A stretch of DNA of 64,000 nucleotides, from the NCBI GenBank assembly GCA_035221665.1, contig CM069148.1:22382001-22446000 (forward strand), written 5' to 3'. Made by a program: the position numbers and the translations under genes. Shown in pieces: positions 36,695 to 50,473 of this stretch. The notes below the pieces were generated by a model. The model saw only the letters and a program-made list of their open reading frames with translations, did not search any database and was not told where the DNA came from. Source of the stretch: Okamejei kenojei (Eukaryota). Numbering within the stretch: the stretch's first letter is position 1; every line of letters begins with the position of its first letter.

Positions 36695-37560
36695 ATGATA
36701 GAACTTTATTTATCCCAAGATGGAAATTAATTTGCCAAGTCATAAAAAAACGCAAAATACATGAAACATGAAAATAAAGTGACGAGTGGTAAGGCTTTGG
36801 GGATTGGGGGGTGGGAAGGGGGGGTCAGTCTCCTACCCTGCGACCGAAGGGGGAGGAGTCGTGTGTTTGATAGCCACAGGGAAGAAGGATCTCCTGTGGC
36901 ATTCTGTGCTGAATCTTGGTGGAACCAGTCTGCTGCTGAAGGTACTCATCGGGTTGGCCCGTGTGTCATGGGGGATGGTTGGGGGGGTGATCTGTATTGT
37001 CTGCAGTTTGAGGAGCATCCTACCCTCCATGACCACCTCCCAAAAATACAACTCCCCCCCCCCCCCCCCCCCCCCCCCCCCGCATCCACCCGCATCTTCA
37101 TCAGTTTGCTCCCTAGCAGTGCAGACCAGATTGTGTTTAAAGCAGTCGAGAAGGAAAAAAAAAAGTCTCTCACAGTGCTTCCCGGCTTATCCAGGTGAGC
37201 ATAGGAACGATGGAGCAGGGGGATGATGGGCAGAGGTCCCACCATCAAATGTATTTAAAAAAACAGGTTTAGCTCATTGGCCTAGTCCTGATTGCTTTCC
37301 CTCCCCAGGCCACCGGTCTTCTTGTAGCCTGTAATGCTCTTCATCCCGCTCCACACTTCCCTCATGTTGTTCTGCTGAAGTTTCCGCTCCTGCTTCCTCC
37401 TATAGTCGCCCTTGCCCTGTCTTGGTCTCGCCTTCAGGTCTTTTTGCTCCACCTCTGTTTCACCTCCTCCCTGTCACCATTCCTGAAGGCCCTCTTCTTT
37501 TGGCTGAGAAGGGCCTTTATGTCACTTGTGACCCAGGGCTTTTTGGGGAAATGGTGTAGT
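36695..37560 (-). mobile_element. Rex1/Babar-type LINE fragment, internally deleted
   Basis: Minus strand HLDKPGSTVR..FFFSFSTALNTI and PRFSTECHRRSFFPVAIK, with tail (+ strand) gatagaactttatttatccc. Poly-C at 37053-37081. Confidence 0.75.
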
Positions 37561-39188
37561 CTCCTCAGGGACAACGTTATTCACACAGAACTTTATGTCG
37601 CTGTAGTGATTGGATATGAAAGTGTTACGGTAGAGATGGGGTTGAATGTTAAAATAATGGCCAGCAATCTCTATGTGGAAACGGATGTAGTTGAGTAGAG
37701 GGAAAAGGTTGCGGATTAAAAATAACTAAAGATTAGAGCCTTGTAATGCAACAGTTGGTTTATGGGAAAATGCCATATCAAATATTCTGATTACTTTTTA
37801 TAATGTGAATTATTACAAAGAGTGCAGTGTTGCAGGGAAGCACGGGTTGATTGATTTTGATTGAAAAATCAAACCAAAATTGGGCTCTATAGTTATTATT
37901 ATGGATTATTGCCAATCCAGATAATGGCAAGAGAATGGGGTTAAGGACTTTCATTAATTATCTTACATTTCTGTTGTGCCTGGTTTTCATTAAGTTGCCA
38001 AACATGATTGATTGTATTATGAACGTTTTATGTCTACATATGCCTTTAACATTTGCACGATTGGCCTATCAAGCTGGTTATGTATTTTTAGAATCCGATT
38101 CCTAAAGGTGGATCCTTGGAATGCTGCGTCGATCAATGTCCCTGGTGGATGTTGAACATTTATTTAAATTGAGAAGATCAGGCAACGGTTCGATATTGTA
38201 CACTGCTGTGTTGCTCCCTGTGTTGGCAGCTAATCTGAACTAGAGACACATCTTGGGTGAATGGCAAAAGATTATAGTTATGCCCTGTAGAGAGAAAATA
38301 AATATCCTATTCATTTGACTGGTGTCTTATTTTGAGCTTTGGGACGAGCATAATCATGTATTATTTAGAGACAAATTCTACTAAATGGGTTCTTGAAGTA
38401 TGTACCGTTGTTTGTTTAAATGTAACGGTTATTTATAAATTTAGTTTGCATTTTATGCAAGGAGTTAAATTAGCATCAGATTATTAAGTCTATTATAGGT
38501 TAATAAGTGTTTCAACGTCTCTAATTTTACTCTTATTGATGTCTGGCAGATGTTGGTCTCTGAGTATCAGCAATGTTTGTCGCATAATGCAGCAAAAACG
38601 CTATCTCATTTCCTGTGCCGGAAAGCGATACAATGTAGAGTTTAGGATTTAGAGTTTAAGTGTTCTGGTATTTGTTTGATGATCACATCAGGAAGAGCAA
38701 GTTTTGAGAAAAGGATTTGGTCAATATTGGTTAAGCAATTGATTTAGCCAAAGTGATTAGGGGCTCCCCACCTATCTGTTACTGGTCCTGCTCTTTCCAC
38801 TTCTCCCTAGTTTAAACAGTGTCATGGGAAGGAAAATAAAATGCATTGAGCATGTACAAAAAAAACTGTGAGAGTAGTAACACACTTGCTTTGCAGGTCA
38901 TCTGCTCTTATCCATCACCTGTCGGAAAAGTCACTGTTTATCATAAGAAAATGAATAGAACTGTGGTTGAATTTCTCCACCCTTGTACCACCCAGGCCAA
39001 TTTAGTACCTGCCATTTCATACTGGAATTGCTAATTTAACAGGGCACAGAAATCAACCAAGTACTTTAAATTTGGTCTGAAGGGGGAAATCAATATATTT
39101 TCTTTGCATTTGTTTCTTGGTCACAGGGTCTTTTAACGTAATTATGCTTTTTAACTAATTCTAAATGTTGTCTTCTTTCTAATTGCAG

Positions 39189-39454
39189 GAAAAGAGTTTC
39201 CAAACTCCTTTGAGTCTTTAGTAAAAAAGATCTGCAGATATCTGTTCCATGTACTGACCCACATCTACTGGGCTCATTTCAAGGAGACTGTTATATTGGA
39301 GCTGCATGGACATTTAAACGCACTGTATATGCATTTCATATTATTTATAAGGGAATTCAATTTGGTAGATCCCAAGGAGATGGTTGTCATGGATGACCTG
39401 ACTGAAATCCTTTACAGCCATGCAGCATCACAGAACCACGTCAAGGAAAGATGA
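39189..39454 (+). CDS. MOB2: MOB2 last coding exon (266 bp to stop)
   Basis: ttgcag|GA. Translates GKEFPNSFESLVKKICRYLFHVLTHIYWAHFKETVILELHGHLNALYMHFILFIREFNLVDPKEMVVMDDLTEILYSHAASQNHVKER*, with TGA at 39452-39454. Has the HIYWAH Zn ligands and the QNHVKER terminus of MOB2. Confidence 0.97.
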
Positions 39455-40710
39455 GCCACATGCAAAGGGAAGACATTCGATCATGAAGACGGTGGGACTG
39501 AGCTATGCCAGATTAAGTGTGGAATTTCATTTCACACTCTAAATGCAGTGTTTACTTCTTGGAAAGAACCACGTTTGACATGGGAAGAGGTTGTGCAGAA
39601 TGGTGGTACTGCCATTTTTAATATATTATGATATGTTATTAAAGAAAATGAGTTTTAACTTTGAAGTGGCATGCTGGCAAACATGCTGTTTACTGCTTCT
39701 CCCCTACCGAGTAGGAATGAAACGGAATAGACGAGTCTTGGTTTTAACCCAGGAATATAGAGGTTTGAATTTGTATGGTTATAATCTTGGAATACTGGAG
39801 TTATCATGCTGCTCTGGCAACCAGTCAAGTACCTCTTCATTATGCAAAATTGGACCAGTTAACCGCGGCAGGAATATTTTTTTCTTAGCACATTCTATCT
39901 GAGAGCTCTTTAATTGTATTTAAAAAAAATCTTAATCTGCATTTTATAACAATATTTTGGCTTGCATTCAAATCTATGGGAAGATAATTTATTTTTCCCT
40001 CATTAAGCAATTCTATAATCAGTTAATCTTGCAGATTAGCCTCAATTTTAGAGAAGTAGTCAAAGCCAGTGATACTGGGGGGCAAAATAGCATGTGAGGT
40101 GAGCACTGCAGCCAGGCTTTATTCAGTACCAAAGGCAGCCCTTTACTGGCACATTTTAATGAGCTCTTGTTGCTTCTCATCCCTGCGCAGCTATCTGAGA
40201 AATGTTCCTGGTCAGGTAGCAAGAGGAAAGTCAGGCTTTGTTCCTTTTGAAGATGGTTACTTCAGCATGTGTACACACTTATTGTAAATATTGTTTAAGG
40301 TTGAGATAGGTGTGTTATACATGAATGTAAGTAACAACCTTCTTTTTTCCATCAGTTCAATTTTGATTTATGATTTTTTTTTTTTTTCAGTTTTGGATTT
40401 GCATCTTCTACATTTAGCCAAGTGGCTTGCCCTCAAGCTTGTTAGGAATACAAAGGGGGAAATTGGGATCAATAGACAGATTTCCACGCTCAGTTGGCAC
40501 ACTGTTTTGAACCGAAGGGCAGCACACAGTATTTCACTTTAGTTATCATTTTATTAGACGTGTAGGGTTTTGGTTTGTTTTTCTTCTGTTGGAACTGTTG
40601 CACTTGAACCTTGTAGTTAACTATGGTTTCCAGGTGTTTACAAACAAGTTTATTTTGTTTTTGGCTTCATTAATATAAAAGGTATCAATAAAAAGGTGAT
40701 ATAAAACAAA
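39455..40710 (+). other. MOB2: MOB2 3'UTR (to proximal poly(A) signal)
   Basis: Repeat-free, U-rich sequence after the stop codon, with AATAAA at 40687-40692. A possible distal ATTAAA at 42405-42410 is followed by GU/U-rich sequence. Confidence 0.6.
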
Positions 40711-41614
40711 AGGTTTCGTGGTGAAATGAATTTCTCGGAGAAGGTGTTCACTGCATTCCAGGTCCTGGCTTGTTGACCTCATGCTGAGAGATAACATGGT
40801 CTGCAGCCCCATCTACTAAAATAACCTCATGTGGTGTTTCCATGGAGTGAGCAAGATTATATTTGGGTGATCATTGCTGTGCATGTAAGTAATTCTTTAA
40901 GCTAGATGCTAGATGCTTGCACAATAATGCTTTAAGGATATGGAGATTTAAGGTTCAACTTGTTTCAGTTCATCTGCCACAGATAAATGAAGGACTGTGG
41001 TGTGATGCCACATTTCCACCAGAGCTGCCAGAACCAATGGTTTCCCATGTTTTTTTCAAACTTGACTGATGCAATGGGTTTAAAGTGGTGTTTGTCAATT
41101 AGAGTAGGAAATGGAATACAGTCTTAAACTGAAGAATTAAGCCTCGATGAGTTTGGAACACTTGTGTACCAATACAATTCACCAACTTGTACAATAATTG
41201 TGTACCAATACAATTCACCAACTTTACACTAGAACTACAATAATGCCAACTTGGATTATTCATACTCCATAGCAAAGCTCAAGCTGAACAAAATTCCCCT
41301 AACTACATCACATACCACAATTAAAAAGTACAGCTTGAGCACTTCAATTAAAATATCATCTGAGCTACTTGATTGTGTAACGGAGAGTGAAAATGGTGAC
41401 AAAGATAGAAATTAAATGCAATAATACAGGGGGCTGCAGAGGTGCAAATGGCACAACAAGGCTGCATGACCACTGTCATTTCTACTTTTCTAAGCAGTAT
41501 ATTTCCTCAGCTTGTGTGTATGTGTGTGTCTTGCAATAACGTATTACTATAATGACTACACGGGAATCACCGAGGCAAAATTAGTGTGAAATATCATTTT
41601 CCGACACTAGCGTC

Positions 41615-41780
41615 AAGGACAACATGTGAAGTATCCCGAAACATCATCTATCCTTTTGTACGAATCTGAAGAACGTTCCTGATTCGAATCATCGCCTGTC
41701 CATTTCCTCCACAGGTACTGACCGGCTGAGTTACAGTCACTTTGTGTTTTCACAATTCCAGTGTCTACAGTTCCTTGTGT
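41615..41780 (+). mobile_element. Degenerate Penelope terminal-repeat fragment
   Basis: tctgaagaacgttcctgattcgaatc...ctgagttacagtcactttgtgt...tctacagttccttg. Confidence 0.55.
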
Positions 41781-43179
41781 CGCCAGCAAATTTGCTCTCC
41801 TGATTTGGAGTTTGTGAGCCAAATGGATCCTTACAACTTTTGTTGGGCAAAAATGGCAGGTCTTTTGGGAAAAAAACCTATTCCAAACTAGCACCATGTT
41901 GAGAAATACTCTCACAATCTTGCTTTTAATCTAAAACTACTTTAACCTAATTTGTCTCTTAAATATATATTCACTTTTCTCTGGTGCATTGTTTTCTTCC
42001 ATTTGCTCACCTTTGAGATAACTGAAAGGAAAGCTGAGATAACTGAAAGGAAAGGGCAACATCTTCCCTTTGTTGTACACCTTGTAGCTTTGTTTATAAT
42101 CTTTACACTAGAACAACTCAAAAATTTCTAGAACAGTAGCTCCAACCATATGAACCAATACCTGGAAGGATATCAGGTTTCCATCCAAAGCATGCATTAT
42201 CCCAAATTGGCCATAGCCTATTCCAGCAAACATTAAATAATGGTGCTAGTTGGTCCAAGAAAAAGGTCCCGCCAATGACAAATGTATGTTTGCCTTGCTC
42301 TTGATGCTCATTTGAAAAAGGATAATGCCATTAGATCTTGCAGGCTAAATTGTTACTTTTTTTAATCTGACCCATAAGACCTAAACCTGTTGTGCATTTC
42401 TATTATTAAAGTTTGAATGTTGCTTTTTGCAGCTATGCTGATGTAAAGTTATTTAAAGGCCACCGAAGTAACAGACGAGTCTTTCTCTTTGATTTTGTAT
42501 GCCTTCACTACTAAAACGTCACGACCCCTGGGTCTAGGTGATCCAATGGAGGCATATTTGGTAGGGCAAGCGCGGGAGAGGGGCTTTGCAATCCAATTAA
42601 AGGGGTGGCATCTTAGCTAAGAGAGTAGCGCACCTCACCTTTGGCTGAATAGATGCTGCACGTTCTAAACAAACCCAACCATGCCAACTAGAGGCTTTTA
42701 AAGCAATCTAAAATGCAACAATAGCACTTGTGTTAGATGACCTGTGTAGATGCACTACATAATAAATCAAGACTATTTGCCAATATTATTATCTGATACT
42801 TCAGTAGGCCACCCTCGATCATGATTGACCATGATACTTTAATCATCAATAAATTCTACAAAAAAATCAAAAAAATCTTAACAGAATCTAGTCTTGATTA
42901 TTCCTCACAACTGTAAAATCTAGTGTAATGAATAGGCTTGTGGACCTCTGCCAGATCTAACAGGTAAGGCGTGTATGAGCAGATTACCCAGCACACTTGT
43001 TTTCTGCTATTAGATTCCCAAGACCAGCGGCAACACATACTGATGGATTTCACCTGGTAATCAGTCAATGCATTCAGAACTTGTGCAATAGGCGCACATG
43101 TACCCATGTCCCACACTTGCATTGATGTAGACAAATGTTAGCAATTCACTGCAGAATTACTCTACCAGTATGATTTGAC

Positions 43180-43353
43180 ACTGCTATAAATTCTACAAGG
43201 TGAAACCAAAATGTATAAAAATGGCCTTTATTAAAATCTGACAATGTGCACTTTAACCACATGTGATTTTTTTTCTATTACAAATCTTAAATTGTGGAGT
43301 ACAGAGGCAAATAAATAAATGATGGGTCTTTGTCCCAAACATGGAGGGCACTG
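43180..43353 (+). mobile_element. Solo right TIR of the same Tc1 family
   Basis: ggtgaaaccaaaatgtataaaaatggcc...gtcccaaacatggagggcactg|TA; reverse complement of 6833-7000. Confidence 0.88.
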
Positions 43354-43559
43354 TAAGAATGAAATGTTACTCTGAAGAAACTGCAACACAAGACCAGCTG
43401 CAAACTAAACAGGCAAAGCAGTGCATAATGTACACAACCAAAGCTTCGCAATCTTCCACACCTAGTTTCAACATTACTGGGGTCATGACAGATAACATAT
43501 GCTGTTCTGCTCACCACTTAATTTGCTCTGTTTCTGAGACCTAGCTATATATAGTATGC

Positions 43560-44068
43560 ACATTAAAGCATAGGAGTTAGACCACCAATGGTCTCTCCAC
43601 TAAATCCACCAAATTTACTAGAAGGAAAAGCAGACCGATATCAACATCCTTTCCCATACCAACATCCCCAGCATTGAGGCACTAGCTATATTCACTTGCA
43701 TATGTTGGACATGACATGTTGTTCACATGTACTGCAACAGACTCCGGAATTAGACATTTTATTCCAAGGTGTACCCAGGGAAGATGGAAGTAATGTTTCA
43801 GCGATATGTTTAAAGTCTCGAAATACTGCAACATTCTCGCTGACTGGCAATCCCTGGCCCAGGCAGTTCAAAGTGGAAGAAGAGCATTTGGAATGGTATT
43901 TTTCAAGTCCATGTGTTGGCAGCACATAGGAGCACCTCTCCACACCGCCCTCAGGTTCCTATGCCCCAACTGCACTTCCCACATTGGCCTCGTTAGTTAC
44001 TTCAGAATCTACAAAATCAAAGTGAAATTACGTCAGCATCAATCCTGACAAACACCCTAAGAAGCAGG
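43560..44068 (+). mobile_element. Degenerate RTE-type LINE 3' fragment
   Basis: C-terminal Zn-finger-like FLCPNCTSHIGLVSY, with upstream PRxLFQG-like RTE residues. Confidence 0.5.
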
Positions 44069-46454
44069 AGTGTGTACCATCAACAAATTGTGCTGCAGCA
44101 GCTTTCCAAGATGACTTCCGTAGCACCTCCCAAACTCATGACCTTGTTCCACAAAGATATAAATAGCAGATGCAAGAGGTTAACCATCTGCAGATTTTGT
44201 CCAAGCGTCACGTTATCCCGATGTGGAACTATCACTTTCTAAAATCATTACAGGGCTAAATCCTCGATCGTCCTACCCAGCAACACCAGGGTATCTTCAG
44301 CTGTAGAGCTCAAATAATGGCTCACCACTACCTTCTACAAGGGAATCAAAGAGGGGCAATAAATGTGGGCATTTCCTGTGAGGTCCATGACTTGAAAATG
44401 AATAAATAATAAAGGAGGAGCACAGTTTGGAATTTATATTTGATTGAGGAATACTAAAACTTTAGTCTGTTCAGTTTGTGGCCTGATGAAACTAACCCTG
44501 GAACTGGGAATGATAAATGGAAATCATTAATCGTGAGCAATAATGTAAGAGAAAGTTATATGTAGCAAGCCTCATAAGTGCCTCTTTCAATATGTCCTAC
44601 TGTGTGTTCCTAACTTACAGTCCATAGAAAATCATAAAACAGTTTGGAAGCATTATGAAACACCAATACCATCTTGACTTAAATGGGAGCACTAAGAAAT
44701 GAATTCATCCAGTCAGCTGTCACTTCAGGAGATTCATCTACCCCGATGTGAATCAGTGCCTTTAGGATTAGAGGGGAGGAAAATGAATATATTTCAGTAT
44801 GTCAAGGCACGCACAGACGGGCAAATTATTTCCAATTACTCTGCTTACAAAAGAAACCAAGAGCCCGAGGATAGGAAGTGACTTGCCAGGTTTGTGGAAT
44901 GTGCCATTAAACAATTTTAAGCTTCAGAGAACTATTAATAGCTGCACACATGTTTTGTAATTAAGTACATTTTCGTGAGAAAGGGAGAAACTGCAGAAAT
45001 TCCAAGCAAGTTTAAAACGAGGTAACATACTGTTTAACTACTGAGGCGAAAACTGATTGTATCCACGCACAGGGTTCCAACCAAATATTTTTTAAAGAAA
45101 TATATAAGTATTAGGTTTAACAGATTCACTCATTTGTAAGATCAGCAAACAATGAATAAGGATGATTGCAATTAATTTATTTACCTTTTCCGTGTCACAG
45201 TAGGTTGACATTACTTACGTGAATCTTACAAAATAAAAGGCAAAAACTACAAAATGCTGTGAAAGTAGCCCAAATTATGAGTGAAATAAACCCAGTGTGA
45301 TCTGCTCTGAAGGAATGGTTGTTGAGCCTATACCTGGGCTTGAAGAGTGCTGAACTGGAACTGCTGACTATCAGCCATCTGTGCTGAGGTGCTTACTCTC
45401 CAGTCCATGCACAGTGGGAGTCCAAGACACGTTGGATGTCAAAGCACAATGTGCTCAAGTAACATCATGGGTCATGCTGGATGCCAAATATTGGTGCATC
45501 TACATGTTCACTCTCCAGCAGCAGAACGGTGACGTGCTGAGAAAAAGAGACGGGATGCATTTTGCATTTGGCTCTCAGCTTCGTGCAAGGGAAGGATGTT
45601 GTGCAAAGAGTGGCCCCATTCACCGCAGACTCTGTCCATGCGTCACACCATCTCGATGTGGAAATATCACTTTCTAAAATCATCGCTAGCACTGAATCCT
45701 CAAACATCCTAGCCAGCAACACCAGGGTATCTTCAGCTGTAGAGCTCGAGTAATGGCTCACCGCTACCTTGTAAAAGCGAAATGAGAGAGGGGATAATAA
45801 ATGGGGAAAAGACAGGTGCCTTGCTCATTTTACATTGTTGATGTTTTTAGTTTTGTGTTTCAAGTTGCCTTTAACTAATTTTATTTTTTAAGAAGTCAAT
45901 ATCAATTTGAGGAGTTGAAAAAGTATTAAAAAGTCCTTGATAGCTATCATGCCGTGAAAGCCTGCCAGTGCTTTCCTGGAGTGGGGTCCATAATACCTCA
46001 TGAGTAACTATCATCCAGAGCTTATGTAACCTCACTACAGAAACATCGTGATGACTATTTTGACCATTCAACACTATAAAACCAATGCTGGGCAGACACT
46101 GCCATTGGCAAGGAGATATGGCTGCTCCTGCACCAGATATACCAATGTAGCGGCAAAGGTTTTTACATAAATGCAAATTTCTTAAGACAACCCATGAAGA
46201 AGACTCAATGCAATGAAATTATTTGCAATTCCAATAAATAAATCTCTTATGGAGTTGGTTGTTGCCACTTATAAGTCCACGCCCGAATCTGCCTACATAT
46301 TACTCCATGTGGGTGTGGACTGCTTCACTTGGTGAAAAATTACGAATGGAATGAACATTGTGCAATTCAACATACTCACTGCTGACCTGAGGGAAGGAAA
46401 GTCATTGATGAAGCAGCTGAAGATGTTTGGGCCTGGTACACTGTGATGTACTGA

Positions 46455-47020
46455 TCAGGATAGTTAGCACAGCTTTGCGCATGGGAAATCATGTCTCACA
46501 AATTTAAGGATAGACACAAAAAGCTGGAGTAACTCAGGTGGTCAGACCTGCCAAAAGGAATACTGTAGGTGACGTTTTGGGTCGATACCCCTCTTCAGAA
46601 ATTTGATAAAGTTTCTTTAGAGGTCTCAAAGACAATTGATAAGGGCAGGGTGGTGGACATTATGGGCTCTAGCAAGGCCTTTGACAAGGTTCCACATGGT
46701 AGGATAGTCCAGAAGGTTAGATCACAAGGAATCCAGGGTGAACTAGCCAATTGGATTCAAAATTGGTAGTGTGGTACTGGAAGGGTGATTTCTAACTGGA
46801 GATCTGTGACCAGTGGTAACTAATCTGCAAACACTTCCACCCTCCTTCCCACTAACCCTTTGTTCCTCCTCTCTTTCCTGTGGCCCACTTGTACACCCAT
46901 GTACACCCATTTCTCCCTTTCCCCTCCCCCCCCCCCCCATGCTCCCTTCCCCTATGTTCCTTCCTCCAGCACATTTCACATTCTTTCATCCTTCTCACAG
47001 CATCTGCAGTTCCTTGTGTC
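46455..47020. mobile_element. CR1 RT fragment (+) with a nested Penelope hammerhead unit (46509-46598) and an adjacent Penelope fragment
   Basis: GKSCLTN...[11 protein letters not shown]...WIQNW. The nested unit ends ...gggtcgatacccctcttcaga. Confidence 0.75.
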
Positions 47021-48789
47021 GACATCAGCTTGTACATGAAATGTAACCAGTAGAAATGTACCAAAGAAAGAGAAGTTGACAGAAAAATTATCACATATGA
47101 ATGGAGTGTGATCCCAATCAATATTTATTCCATGTGTCAAATTCCCTTGACTATTTCAGCATATGCAACCCAATTATCACTATAATCTGCATTATCCCAA
47201 GGATTTAGCTGCTGTGCAAAAATAAATTAAATCTCACCGGTAATGTCAAGAATCTCCTGAATATTTACTGCAGTAGTTTTGCACAGTCCTATAAGATTCA
47301 GAATAACTTTTTTTTCCTGTTAGCAGAGAATCTTCCACCTTGCCTCTTTCTGTTATTATTTCAGTCCTAATATATTGTGACTGATCTTAGAATGGCTTAG
47401 CCCCCTAAGCATTACCTGCTCCATCCACCTGTCATTTTGAAGCGCATGGATTGAAATTCCTTGCCTTGAGCTTGTGTAAGGTTACATTGTGTAAGGTTAC
47501 ATTCAGTATTTTTACACTGAGAATATCGTAGAAGAAAGGAGCCTGCTTGAGGGGATCCTGATACTTTGCAAAATATCTTCCTATGGAAGACATCATATTA
47601 TTGCAGTCAACTTCCCTTGTGTGCACCCTATCCAATGCCAACTCCCCAAGCAGTCAGCAATAGCATCCATTACAAATTACACAGTATTGACAGGACAAGA
47701 ATAAACTATCATCTCACCAGGTCAGGGTGGAATGATAAACACAAACCTCCTGCCATCCTAATCTAACCTGCTCAACATATTATTCCATACATAACTTTCT
47801 CTTGAATGTATCCATGCTGTTTGCAATAACCAATCCATGTGAAAGCAGATTAGTTTTTATCATCATTTTTAGAGTAAACAAATTTCTTCTGCACTTCCTT
47901 TTGGGTTTATTGGTGATCAACAATTTATGCAATGCTTCGGCACCATTCTCTCCTATCATCTTCTCCAACTCATATCAAAATTGCAATATCTGGGGCAGAG
48001 CCCAGCCTAGTTAACATTTTCTGTCCGATGTGATCTCTCAATTCTGGCAGCTGTAGATTGCATTTTGCTAGCTCATCAATAATCTTTTAATAATTACAGA
48101 TCCCAGAATCATTTGCCATACTCCAACTGCAGCTAAATAAAAGTTCCCTGCAAGTTTACCATTCCTAACCATGGGCATGTTTGTCAGCGTTGTGCAGCAA
48201 TTACAATTAGGGATAACCAAGGGAATGGAACATGATGTCCTCCCATTACTAATTGTGAGTGAACCACATGAAAGTTATCTTGCCTGAATACTCCAGAATT
48301 ATAATTGAAAACAAAAATAGTCTTTCTGACCCGTCTAAGCTAATTGATTCCGTAAACTCCTTCTCCACACCATCAATTAACACATTTACATGTCAAAGTT
48401 CACCACTTCTCCACATTTGAATCACTTCAAATTTCCACTCATATCACAACATCAAACCAATCAAACTTATTTAAGTGAAAATAGTGCACCATTCTTCCTC
48501 AATTATTTCTACTTCTCTGTCATTACACTATCCTCATCAAATCCTTCTGTATTTTTCATTCCATTGGAACTGCCCACTAAATTTGTGCAGAACAAATTAA
48601 GTAACAGTTTCTCTAACTGTTCCTACTGTTAGAATATTATCCACAGGGTTTCCAAACGATTCATCTTGCATCAACTTATCCACTTTATACGACTTATCCA
48701 CCTTAATGCAAATGTGAGTTCTTGGCAAGGAGCCTCATAAAATGAGTTGAAAATCTACAGTTCTTTTCCGCTGCCTTGGCTATCAGCCT

Positions 48790-49048
48790 GGTGAGGAAAA
48801 ACCTTTTCACACAGAGAGTTGTGAATTTGTGGAATTCTCTGCCTCAAAAGGCAGTGGAGGCCGATTCACTGGATGCATTCAAAAGAGAGTTAGAGAGAAC
48901 TCTTAGGGCTGGCAAAATCAAGGGTTATGGGGAGAAGGCAGGAACGGGGTTCTGATTGTGGATGATTGGCCATGATCACATTGAATGGCGGTGCTGGCTC
49001 GAAGGGCTGAATGGCCTACTCCTGCACCTATTATCAATGTATCTATGT
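48790..49048 (+). mobile_element. CR1/HER1 LINE 3' fragment
   Basis: ttcacacagagagttgtgaatttgtggaattctctgcc...ggctcgaagggctgaatggcctactcctgc. Confidence 0.9.
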
Positions 49049-49541
49049 ATGGTGCAACGATGTCTTGTGGAAAAGGTTGCAACAGTTCCTGCCAAGGTTT
49101 GACCCGAACGACCTAAAACTTGCAGCTCTCTAATTTAATGAGATGTCTGTAAGTGAATGCTGTTGCCTGGCACATGAGAGGGTACAGTATTATATACTGA
49201 AGCTCAACTCAACCACTGCAATGTGTTTATAGGTAAAACCAGTCTGAGATCCAGAGTACCATTGCAAACTGAGGGGCTCAGGCCTTTGCAACAGATTGTG
49301 AAATATTGCACAGGTGTATTGTTTAAAGAGGTAACATTGATGCTCTATAAGAGTTTGTATTGGTTTGATGGCACAATCAATGTAAAGTAAGATGTGCGGT
49401 GAATGCAGTGGATTTCTTGAATATATTCTTTATAAAGTAATATTTTATAAAAATGATATCAAGTGTTGAATGAACCACAATTTTATCATGCTGGAGATCG
49501 GTTGGCAAAAGCCATTTTCTTTCATAAAAATCTCTCCCACC

Positions 49542-49846
49542 TAGTTTAGTTTATTTAGTTTAGTTTAGAGATACAGCGCGGAAACAGGTCCGTCAGCACC
49601 GAGTCCGCAGCAGTCCCTGCATATTAACACTATCCTACACACTTTCGGGACAATTTTACATACCAAGCCAATTAACCTGCAAACCTGTACTTCCTTGGAG
49701 TGTGGGAGAAAACCGAAGATCTCGGAGAAAACCCACGCAGTCACAGGGAGAACGTACAAACTTCATACAGACAGCAGCTGTAGTCAAGGTCGAACCTGGG
49801 TCTCTGGCGCTGTAAGGCAGTAACTACTGCTGCGCCACTGTGCTGC
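49542..49846 (-). mobile_element. Complete tRNA-derived V-domain SINE (HE1-like)
   Basis: Minus strand A box TGGCGCAGCAG, B box GGTTCGACC, V core, and (TAAAC)n tail at 49542-49567. Confidence 0.9.
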
Positions 49847-50473
49847 TCAATTAAGTAGGTCTTGCTTGAACCAAGTTATTCACAATCCCAGCAAAACATT
49901 AGAACCGGATTGAGCTATAAAACTTGTTTTGTGATTATTATAAAAATCAATCCATTCTGCCTACACATCATTGATCGGTTGCAACCTTGCTAGAGCTCTT
50001 CTGTTGTTGTCATTGTCAGCTCGTGACTCTGTTATTGCACGGTTCTCCTTGCCACCTCATCTCTGCCACTCATTTCCTAATCTGGCTCACTCATTCAGAT
50101 CTGTTTACTGATTTATATTTACTTACACTTGCCAATATCCCATAGATTGACAACCCTGAGTTATAGTGTCATTGCTTTTTAGTAACCTTTTCTTGCCCAT
50201 TCTCAGTTATAGCTCAGTCCTTCTCTAAAACCCATCATTTCCCTTCAGTCTTTTAAAAAAGACATTCCATGAAAGTATCTCATGACTGTCATGAGATTTT
50301 AATTCTTGATTCAGCTCCAATTTCCAATTAAATCTTGGCAGTCCTTTTTACAGTAAATTATACCATTTTGGTGCAGAGTGCTTTTGCTGCTCAGAGCAGA
50401 CACGGAAATAACATTAATGATTTCCTTGATGCTAGAAAGATGCACACATGTTAACTCTACTAGAATCAACCTG

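Noticed and set aside
44482-44510. CTGATGA...GGAA as another hammerhead
   Set aside because: No convincing helix II or GAAA core and no Penelope context.
49780-49846. tRNA gene
   Set aside because: The A/B boxes belong to the tRNA-derived head of a SINE; no complete cloverleaf or terminator.
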